NCBI GenBank assembly: GCA_000934665.2
Contig: JYFJ02004163.1
Location: 1-34,184, forward strand
Length of the DNA: 34,184 nucleotides
From: Catajapyx aquilonaris
Lineage: Eukaryota
Direction: 5' to 3'
The number at the start of each line of letters is the position of its first letter. Position 1 is the stretch's first letter. A program made the position numbers and the translations under genes. This document shows, in pieces, positions 25,876 through 34,184 of this stretch. The notes beneath the pieces are model-generated. The model worked only from the letters and a program-made list of their open reading frames with translations. It made no database searches and was not told the DNA's origin.

Positions 25876-27399
25876 TAAAGGCGAACTAGCCACTTCCCCT
25901 GTGACTATGAGCGGGCAATTCCCTTGCTCCTCACAGCCTCCACGAAGGAAGCGATTTGGAGTAGTATACTGCAGCAATGTGCGCTATAAGAGCCCCGTAA
26001 ATAATTCTCCAACACCAGAAATACCGGGCCATGCAGCGGGTGGCGGCCATATTGGCTGATGACAAAAATCCTCCTGTGAAGTGGCTTTAGCAGCCAACTG
26101 GCAGCCCAGAAACTGATACAAGTGAAACTTTATACAGAAGATGAGTGAGTCGACAAATTACAACTTACACTCATCATACTCAACTTAACATTATAATAAT
26201 AAATGTCTCCGTTGAAGGGCGGGTTGGAATGTGCGAATGCATTAATTCATTATGAAGACGGCTTACAAAAAAAAGAGGGGGGTGGGGGGGTGGGGGGGGG
26301 GGGGGAATATTACTCTCCAACCCAAGTTTCCTAAGGAGAAATCAATACAGGAGCCACAGTTAGGGCAGCACACGGCTCCCTATCTACTGTGTAACGCGCA
26401 CACACAGACATGGAGTGAGGACACTATACCACATCTGCAGAAAAGGGTCGACCTGAGCACACGAATGACAACAAGTTCGGATTTGACAACCGTTTTCTTG
26501 GCGACATCCGCAAAGTTTGTGGCAGAAAAAAATATATATACGGGCGTATACTGTAGAGAGGACACTATTTCAATCCAATTTGCTGGCGCTCCAGAATCGA
26601 GGCAACTTGTCACAACGGATGAAATGTCACTAGGCCATTTAGAATTCGGGACTGACAATGTTGCTAACTCAGGATTTAAAGCAAAACAGCGAATCTTACC
26701 GTCCACATCTCTCTGCTCGCGACTGTACGCAATACAGTTGATAAGATAAATTATGACAGACACCTACCGGTGTAGTCATTCTATAACGTAGTTACGTTAA
26801 AAATATTTCCTACGATAGCCATGATTTGTGCCAACAAATGTACCTGTTGCAGTTGAAAAGAATAGCACAAGGCCAGTAGTTACGCGCTTGACGTAAATGT
26901 AGCGTCTAGGTGAGACATTTATTGTCATTTTTTGGCGCATCCGGTACAATCATGCCCAAAATATCCACTTTACAGCCTAAACAAAAAGAAATGAGTTGTT
27001 GGCAAGTGATCGGTCAGATATGGACCTTATTTGCTAGTTGCAACCGGAGCCCCCCGCCTGGGCTCAAGTGCCTATTACCCATCCAACGTGCTTGATAATT
27101 CAATCGCTTAGCCTCCGATTGATTTTCACACTGTCCCGCCCCGACTTGCGACATCCGTTGCTAAAAGTTGTCCATAACCGCGTCACCTCAATTGAAAGGT
27201 TGGCCCACCGCACACCTGACCTTCAAAATGTAATTTTTATATAGCCCGACCCAAGCGGGTGGGGAATTGTTTGTGTACAGAGCCCCGGCTTTCATTTCAC
27301 TGCTCTTGTGGCGGCTCGTCACATGTCACGACATTGTTACTAATTACAATCAATTAATTGTGAACTTGTACAAAAGCGGTGGTTGCAAATTGCCAGCGC

Positions 27400-27577
27400 C
27401 ATGACCCGACTAACTGGGGGTAAATAATGCGGCAAACTGATTTATTGAAAGGATATTGCGGATACTTTTCAGGACACATGCACAAGACATGCTACCACGA
27501 CCCATGTGCCTCTGCTGGGATTCGAACCCAGGTTCACACTCGTTTGAATGTGTGTTCTGCCGCTGAACTACAGAGGT
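27400..27577 (-). mobile_element. tRNA-derived SINE or tRNA pseudogene (cloverleaf head 27577-27507; 3' boundary approximate)
   Basis: Minus strand shows A-box TAGTTCAGCGG, B-box GGTTCGAATCC, acceptor CCTCTG/CAGAGG, D stem GTTC/GAAC and T stem CTGGG/CCCAG. The anticodon arm is non-canonical. Confidence 0.65.
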
Positions 27578-27619
27578 GATTTTGGGCCTCAACAATAATG
27601 TTAACAATTGAATGCTTAC

Positions 27620-27831
27620 CAGATGAAGTCTTTGCAATGGCTGCAGAATGTGGGCTGCTTGAAGAATCGGGGTAGAAACTTGTGGTCCTTCACCATGTAC
27701 ACGTTCTTCTTCTTGAGGGCCCCTTTGCGTCCACGCTGCCGGAGGCCAAAAGCTGTGTTGGCCCCATCGGAAGCCCCGGGGCCAAAGCCGGGGCCCTCGT
27801 CCAGCTCTGACTTGCCTTCGTCCGACGACAT
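27620..27831 (-). CDS. Pkc53E: First coding exon of a conventional protein kinase C (cPKC; Pkc53E/PRKCA/PRKCB-like): pseudosubstrate plus start of the C1A domain
   Basis: Translation ...[38 protein letters not shown] matches the cPKC pseudosubstrate (RKGAL) and the C1A start ([22 protein letters not shown]). The ATG context is GAGCCATG. The exon ends at ATC TG|GTAAGC, a phase-2 donor at the conserved cPKC exon-1 boundary, so the ORF-track stop is intronic. The gene symbol is by inferred orthology. Confidence 0.95.
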
Positions 27832-27859
27832 GGCTCAAAAGAAGGCGACCACCACTCAG

Positions 27860-27943
27860 CTACAGGCAAACAAGAGCGGCTTGGACTACAGCTGGCCTCT
27901 GCTACCAGGACGGAGCAGCCACGCAACCTCTCCTCTGACTTAC
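27860..27943 (-). other. Candidate 84-nt intron in the PKC 5'UTR
   Basis: Consensus donor GG|GTAAGT at 27943 and acceptor CTCTTGTTTGCCTGTAG| ending at 27860, 28 nt before the ATG. Confidence 0.45.
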
Positions 27944-27951
27944 CCTACTCG

Positions 27952-27988
27952 CACTGCCCCTCCTCCTACCTGCACTTGCTTTTATATA
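27952..27988 (-). promoter_or_regulatory. Candidate core promoter of PKC: TATA box plus initiator
   Basis: Minus strand TATATAAAAG at 27988-27979. An Inr-like GCAGTG has its A at 27955, 31 nt from the T of TATAAAAG (27986), which is canonical spacing, and about 120 nt upstream of the ATG. Confidence 0.55.
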
Positions 27989-29193
27989 CACAATCAATAT
28001 AACTACTCGATGTCAGCCAATGCACGTGTTTGTTACTCCACGTGTGCCTGTTCTGTCTTTTAAATGGGGGCTGTAATAATTCTGTCGAGAATCACTTCTA
28101 ATAGCCGCGTATTAGTTAAGTTAACATTGAATGTAGATTAGGTAGAATGCAGGGAGATTGGGAAGCCATGTTGGTACAGTCACGAGGCGGAAGCAGCAGG
28201 AGCGGTACATTTGAAATGCGCTAGCGGGAGGAGCGGTATTACTTGGGTATTACCAAGAGCGGTATTACATAATTATGGAGGATGTAACGAGGGTCACGCA
28301 TCGGCTGTGTATAGTGGCTGTCGGTGACTTTCCAAAGTTCAATACTGATATTGACGGCGTGTCACTTGTGTGTCGGGGTGCTTCGTGCATTATTTATGAA
28401 TAAGGCAGGCACTTCACAGCCGATGCATTGGAATTTCTGCGTGTCTCTGGGCCGTACAAGCGTTGATAAAGCTTCCATGTTGACCGCAAAACATTTTGCT
28501 GGGATGTTTATGTGTTCATCAAAGTTAAACTTATATGCTATACGAACTACTGTTACGGAGTCGTAACGTATACAGCAGTGTTCCAGATTCGTGGGTCACT
28601 TTTGATAACTGATATTGCACGATAGCAGTTATTTTTTGTAGCTTGTTGTGCCCCTAACCATGTGCTCCATTCTATAGCAGTAGTTATAGAATGGGTTGAA
28701 CCCCCCCCCCTCCCCTCTCCCCCGAAATACAGGGGTTGGACAACATGCAGTGATATAGGGCCCACTGAAGGGGCTGTCTTATTCTAAAACCGTAAAAGTT
28801 ACAAATATGACTTTTACAGGGTGATGAAGCTCTGTCGATGTGTACATTTGTCTAGGTTTACAAATGACGCAAAATTCACGAGAGGGGGAGGGGAGAGAAA
28901 CAAAATACGAACGACACCCCTCCCTACAATGCCCCATTTTTGACCAGTGTCCCACCCTTTTCACTTGAAAACGAAAACAGTTACAGATATGAATGTGATT
29001 TGGTTTTGAAGCTCTATCGATGTCACTTTGTGTAGTATGCATAATTATGTAGGGCTGTGCGGTTATTGAATTTGGAAACCGGTTATCGATTATTGAAATA
29101 ACCTCGGTTGTAACCAGTTAGCGGTTATTTTAGATTAACCGGTTATTTTCATAGGAGAATTGGTAAATAACACGAGATCAGAGCAAGTGTGTA

Positions 29194-29375
29194 ACACACG
29201 TAGCCAGTAACTCGCCGAGCAGGTGGGCGAGTAGCCTCTGCGCATGCTCACTCAGTCTTCCGAATCGGTTTCCCACGATCCCACCTATTCACATGCCGAG
29301 TTGGAGGGAGAGTAGGCTACTGCGCAAGCATAAATGCGTAATCCCCTACTCGGCTGAGTAACTCGCAACGTGTGT
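29194..29375. mobile_element. Nested degenerate inverted-repeat element
   Basis: ACACACGTAGCCAGTAACTCGCCGAGCAGG aligns with the reverse complement of CCTACTCGGCTGAGTAACTCGCAACGTGTGT. Confidence 0.55.
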
Positions 29376-29412
29376 AGCCTGCTTCACTCTCACTGTTGCG
29401 CACACCATAGTA

Positions 29413-29549
29413 CAGTGTTGGACATAAATCGAGGCATACTGCCAGCGACATCTTGCTCGCCCGACTTGCAGTATTCTTATCTTCGATTCCTTCTTCTGCC
29501 ACTTCGGAAAATGTCGCTAGCAATATGCCTCGATTTATGTCCAACACTG
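29413..29549. mobile_element. Nested 137-bp MITE with about 39-bp TIRs
   Basis: CAGTGTTGGACATAAATCGAGGCATACTGCCAGCGACAT ... ATGTCGCTAGCAATATGCCTCGATTTATGTCCAACACTG (2 mismatches), with GTA on both flanks. Confidence 0.85.
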
Positions 29550-29779
29550 GTACCACACCGCTCCTTCGACGGTAATAAACCGGTAATTCTGAAGTCCGAT
29601 CACCGAGACCCATTAACCGGTTAATCGGACAAACCGGCTAGTACAATAACCGGTTATTTCATAAAAAATTAACCGGCTAACAGTCTAACAGTAGCAGTCA
29701 CATTTACTGTAGGGGCGCAAACTCTACCTAGCAAAAAGGTGCGGGACAGGGGCGATGGAGGCGATGCGAGGGTATGATA

Positions 29780-30929
29780 CCGTCAAGCGGGGTTACTTAA
29801 GCCACTTTTCAATTTCAGACATCTGCCAATTCAAGAGCATTGACTTTAGAGATTAACTAATTGTTGTAAAACATGGGTCTACAGTTACGGTCGACGTATA
29901 CATGGATGAAAGTTTCCTACAACATGTATGATAAAAACAAAAAAAAAAAAGAAGGGGTGGCTTAAGTTACCCCACATCGGGGGGTAACTTAAGCCAGCAG
30001 GAAGAATTCAGTGTTTCGCTTATGTTAGACGATGACACGGTAACAAAGTCCGTTCACAGGGCGAAAATAAACATTTGCATATTGCTCCAGAAATTTATTA
30101 TTCAAAATTTCAGGGAAAGTATGGCGGCGGCCTCTCTTTATGCTCACCGGCTGTACAGAACAAACAATATATTTCTGATCATTTTCATCATCAACAATGC
30201 TCCCAACTAGGCAACTACTAGGGCTGTGCGATATCTGAAAAAATATCGAATCGAAGTCGATATATCGAAAATCGAAAAACCGACATCGAAAACCGACATC
30301 GCAAAATATCGCAAGCCGACATCGAACCGGCATCGAAAAATATCGAAAACCGACATCGCGATATTCGATACATCGCACACGCCAAGAGTCGGATATCGCA
30401 ACTTCGATATTAGGAAAATATCGTATCGACAGTCGATGTATCGAAATATCGCACAGCCCTACTCCTGACCCCCAGAAGCTAATCCCCCCACTTCCTGCCA
30501 GGCTTGGAACTACGTGGCCAGGTGGCCTATGTTACCCCCTACATGACGCAACAATTAATTTTTAAGTATATATTGACACCAAAATGGAAATTTAAGCTAT
30601 GCAGTATAACTACCTTAAAAGGACTGTTGCATTTATGTTTCATCATCTTTATAGCGAATTAAATTCAAACAGAAGATGTTGGCGATGAAAGTTACGTAGG
30701 GTATAAATTTATGGTGCAATTATCCTAAACATAATTAAGATTTTACAAAGTTACCTATGACACAAACACAATATTCAAATATGCAGTCCAAAACTGCACT
30801 TAAATATGGAACTTGTGTCATAAAAAATAACATTTCAACTCAAAACAGTGTTGCCAAAATCAGTGTCCGAAATTTACGCAGCAAAATGGCTCAAGTTACC
30901 CACCCGGCCTAAGTAACCCCGCTTGACGG
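29780..30929. mobile_element. Non-autonomous Tc1/mariner (pogo-like) element with TA TSD
   Basis: TA|CCGTCAAGCGGGGTTACTTA(A)GCC ... GGCCTAAGTAACCCCGCTTGACGG|TA. Internal TIR-motif copies include the hairpin TGGCTTAAGTTACCCC..GGGGTAACTTAAGCCA (about 29958-29997). Confidence 0.9.
30219..30461. mobile_element. hAT-like MITE nested in the pogo-like element
   Basis: Perfect TIR TAGGGCTGTGCGATAT / ATATCGCACAGCCCTA with a body built of ATATCG/ACATCG/ATCGA repeats. The 8-bp flanks do not match each other. Confidence 0.88.
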
Positions 30930-31279
30930 TACATAATACGCACAGCACTGCTCTGTGCTCTCCAGTCACCTCAGTCCCCCTTGGCTTAATAGATCCGTGA
31001 CGTCATTATGAGCAGCGGCAACACTGTGCAGTATAGGTTTTAGTAGTGGCCGGAGTGTCTTGCTTGCGATTGCACGTGCTGAAGTAATTTACCATCGGAA
31101 TGTCCACTTTTGCTACAATGTCGAATATATGCCAGTAAATTATTACTTTCGGATCGTGAAAGGGAATATATGAAAGTGCCAGATAGCCTAGTGTCGTCCT
31201 GGTATGAAAATGAAACTCAGGATTACATTTCATTGCGTGTCGCTAACGGAACTAAACCTAATATTTCATGTCTGTGAAT

Positions 31280-31470
31280 TGGTGCCTTTAAGGACCTTTC
31301 TGTTCCGCGATCCTTTGAGTTTCGTGCCTTAAAGTACCGCGATCCATTTGGTTTCGTACCTTTCAGTGCCTTATCGTGCCACGATCCATTTCATTTCGTA
31401 CCTTCTCGATTCAGCCATACTTTCATACCTATACGTTTCGTGCCGGTTGCATTTCGGATCGCGAAACACT
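31280..31470. repeat. Degenerate short-motif array (TTTCGTRCC / CRCGATCC), probable hAT-type MITE end
   Basis: Repeated motifs ending in GCGAAACACTG (reverse complement of CAGTGTTTCGC). No properly nested partner TIR found. Confidence 0.4.
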
Positions 31471-31587
31471 GTGGTGATACGGAACTGTCGAAGAATCGTA
31501 CCAAGCCATACAATTTCATTTCGGATCACATCCCTGCTCATTTATCACACATTACATCACATCAGTTTCACATTTCCAGTAAATATC

Positions 31588-32400
31588 AATTATATCAAAA
31601 ACATTCCCTTCAGTGAAAAAAAGAGAAGTAAGACCTCCGCGGCGGAATGAAAGTACTGAAACAAGGCAGGCGCACGTAAGACCTTCACCAATTGATTTAA
31701 GCTGTACCGTAGGTCTTACTCAAGCAATTTCCAATTCACTGCTCATGAAGTCTCCTTTCTGAAACCAATTTGTGGAATTTTCGTCCTACTACTAATTACT
31801 TCTAACAGCAGTACCAGTGTACTGCAATTGTACTGGTAAATTAACAGTAACTATAGTTACTTAGTAGTACGACGGAAATTCCGCCCATTAATTTTCCGTG
31901 AGCCACTCCATATACGTGTTTTCTAAAATTATGAACTTCAATATTAAGCGCATTGAATTTCTAGTCTAGACGATTCGTTCGAATTTATTGCCATGAAACA
32001 TTTATGCAGAATCGTCACCTCCTTTAGATGCTGATTTTAACTGAAATGTTTAATTTTTCACATGTAGACGTAAATTGGTGAAATTTTGATGGTCTTTTTC
32101 GAATGAATGGCTTCTGCATTAGTTCAGGAGAAAACATTTCCAAGTCTGTGAGGATGGGTTCAGTTCTTCTCCTTTTTTCCTTCCCTTCCCCGTCCCACTG
32201 CTCTGAGTAGTTTGCAGCAGTAATTTTTACGAGTCGTTCCATACTGTACTTGAGAATTGCTTGAGTAAGACCTATGGTACAGCTTAAATCAATTGGTGAA
32301 GGTCTTACGTGCGCCTGCCTTGTTTCAGTACTTTCATTCCGCCGCGGAGGTCTTACGTACTTCTCTTTTTTTCACTGATGGGAATGTTTTTGATATAATT
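31588..32400 (+). mobile_element. MITE family A, copy 2 (complete, about 142-bp TIRs)
   Basis: 31588-31729 and 32255-32400 are near-perfect reverse complements (a 4-nt insertion and a few substitutions). The interior is homologous to 1945-2475. No coding capacity. Confidence 0.92.
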
Positions 32401-32423
32401 TCAGTTCTTTTTTGACAGTACGG

Positions 32424-32964
32424 TGTAACGGGGGGATGAGTAAGGATGGAATGACCATGTGTAAAGGATGACAGGAAATGTGTATCAGTAGGTATAGTCA
32501 TGCTGTGTGACTGAGGAGAATCTGACTAAGGAGCCGTACTGGTATATATTATAAATATAAGCCGCGGAGAAGAGGCAGCCAGAGAGAGAGAGAGAGAGCA
32601 GAGAGAGAGCAGAGAGAGAGCAGAGAGAGCAGAGATCAGAGAGCAGAAGGACCAGCCAGGGGCCAGCCAGGGGCCAGAGGAGGACCTGACCCGAAGCCGA
32701 GGACCTTGAGCACGAACATTGATTCAGGGAGCTCTCAGTGTGGTTGCGGTGTATGTACGTGCGATTGTACCTGCTGAGGACGTAATTAAAGGACAGCTCA
32801 AAGCAACCTCCCATGTCTGATGAATAACCGGAAAGTGCCCCCAACCCGTTGAGGTCCGGCACCTTACCTGCGTCTCCCTGTCCAACCCTGTCCAGTCCCA
32901 TCCCAACTATCCCGTACCATCCTGTCCCCAAACCCACCATTATCAACCCCATTTCCCCGCCACA
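32424..32964 (+). mobile_element. Solo LTR (541 bp), probably Ty3/gypsy-type
   Basis: TGTAACGGGG...CCCCGCCACA termini (TG..CA with a short inverted repeat), perfect 4-bp TSD ACGG (32420-32423 and 32965-32968), TATA-like TATAAATATAAG (32550-32561), an AG-rich tract, and ATTAAA at 32785-32790. Confidence 0.88.
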
Positions 32965-33026
32965 ACGGAATAGGTACAATGATGCCTCATTTTAATATCA
33001 TACATATTAATACATTATAATATTTT

Positions 33027-33575
33027 GAGTTCAGGAGACTGGAGTAGGCAGGCTGTCTCATGAGGACAGTGATTCAGAAACAGATACTGAATCACTGTTT
33101 CAGTTTCTGTTTCAGTTTCAGTTTCTGTTTCTGTTTCAGTTTCTGTTTCAGGACTGAATCAGTTTCTGTTTCAGTTTCTGTTTCAGGACTGAATCAGTTT
33201 CTGTTTCAGTTTCTGTTTCAGGACTGAATCAGTTTCTGTTTCAGGACTGAATCAGTTTCTGTTTCAGTTTCTGTTTCAGGCGCCTCCGGGCAGGACAAGG
33301 TCAACATTTGCTTGTTAAACATCTGGCACATGCCATTTCTCGGGAGAAGGCACACAGGGTTCATCCCGCCTGCCTTGCACCAGTTGTAAGCGGCGGTTGA
33401 ATTATGGAGAAAGGAAAGGCATTATGGAATTGTCATGGTATACAGAGAGAGGGTGGGACACTCACCTCAGGAATTTGTGTGATGATTTTGGTAAGGAATT
33501 CTTCGATTGGATTTGGGAATTCAAGTGTTGACAAGAGTTCAGGAGACTGGAGTAGGCAGGCTGTCCCATGAGGAC
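33027..33575 (+). repeat. 41-bp direct repeat pair (33027-33067 and 33535-33575)
   Basis: GAGTTCAGGAGACTGGAGTAGGCAGGCTGTC(T/C)CATGAGGAC occurs twice with one mismatch. Confidence 0.95.
33095..33279. repeat. Minisatellite of GTTTCA/GTTTCT hexamers with a 35-bp higher-order unit (GGACTGAATCAGTTTCTGTTTCAGTTTCTGTTTCA)
   Basis: Directly visible. Confidence 0.93.
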
Positions 33576-34184
33576 GTCCTTGGGATCACGAGGACTGGAT
33601 GTTTTGAGATGACATTATCTGAATGGGGCTGGCCAGCCGCAAACTATTCCGCCAGTTGGCGCTAGTGGGCAATTGTGTGTTATTTTCTATTTGAGGGAGG
33701 TCTCGTAGAGCTATTAGTAACCGCGACCAATACCGCGACCAATAACGGCTATTCCATAACGCTATGCCAACATGTTCGAGAATAATTAGCCTTCCATATG
33801 AAATTTATTACGGAATCACGGATTACAGGCAACTCAGTGCTGTTACCTTCGCGACAGTTATCGGAAACCACAATCGCCTTGCATTCTAGGGAAGACTACT
33901 AAGAAGCTGCTATTGCACTCGGCTAAGCAATTTAGCTTAAACTTTTCAGTTAGATGGTATCGTTGAATACGGCTATTGCCATCGTTTCCCGCCCCGTCCC
34001 CACCCTTACGAAAGTTTTGGAATAAGAACTGCTTTCTTACTTATTTATGAACGTGCATGATAGTGTCGGAGAGCGTATGTCATGCCAAATCTAATATATA
34101 TAAAGCCCCAATCCGAGGAGGATATAGGATGGAAAAGATCTCCCACTTCCCGAGGTCGGAGAGACGTCGGACTTACGCCGTTGT

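Larger units (their letters stand above)
1..27619 (-). other. Probable intron 1 of the PKC gene, extending past the window start
   Basis: Starts at the GTAAG donor (27619). No minus-strand sequence encoding the expected next residues (GFGKQGFQCQVC..VVHKRCH) was found by eye. A short exon could have been missed. Confidence 0.6.
29050..29687. mobile_element. hAT-like MITE with AACCGGTT subterminal repeats, carrying two internal palindromic units
   Basis: Left end TAGGGCTGTGCGGTT and degenerate right end AACCGGCTAACAGTCTA. Dense (T)AACCGGTTA motifs at both ends. No 8-bp TSD retained. Confidence 0.65.

Noticed and set aside
26252..26763. Overlapping 165-aa and 127-aa ORFs on opposite strands
   Set aside because: No domain similarity or convincing exon boundaries, and the plus ORF starts in homopolymer runs.
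27410..28063. Longer ORFs overlapping the PKC exon in other frames and the other strand
   Set aside because: Shadow frames of a GC-rich exon with no recognisable domain.
30025..30468. Repetitive ORFs (KTDIAKYRKPTS...)
   Set aside because: Translation of ATCG-motif arrays in a hAT-like MITE.
30009..31470. 11-bp inverted match CAGTGTTTCGC / GCGAAACACTG as TIRs of a 1.46-kb element
   Set aside because: It would straddle the boundary of the well-defined 29780-30929 element and has no TSD. Likely chance.
33095..33279. CRISPR-like regularity
   Set aside because: No unique spacers and no cas genes. Eukaryotic context; this is a tandem minisatellite.
1..34184. A novel multi-gene or defence-type system
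   Set aside because: No intact long ORFs, operon structure or repeat-spacer arrays. The content is explained by one PKC exon plus transposon-derived and intronic DNA.

Overview
This is animal genomic DNA, probably from an arthropod judging by the PKC N-terminal sequence, and not a prokaryotic locus. The one clear host gene feature is the first coding exon of a conventional protein kinase C (Pkc53E/PRKCA-like) on the minus strand at 27620-27831. It has a TATA+Inr promoter candidate and a probable small 5'UTR intron. I could not find exon 2 by eye, so positions 1-27619 are probably all intron 1. The rest of the window is largely transposon-derived: TIR-bounded MITEs (pogo/Tigger-, hAT-, piggyBac- and Harbinger-like, some nested), a foldback element, a solo LTR with a perfect 4-bp TSD, tRNA-derived SINE heads, decayed transposase/RT fragments and microsatellites. 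Most ORF-track entries look spurious. I see no convincing novel multi-gene system. The most interesting items are a near-complete tRNA-like cloverleaf just inside PKC intron 1, candidate splicing features, a nested MITE cluster upstream of the promoter, and a duplication/satellite scar at 33.0-33.6 kb. All family assignments come from reading the sequence by eye, with no database search.
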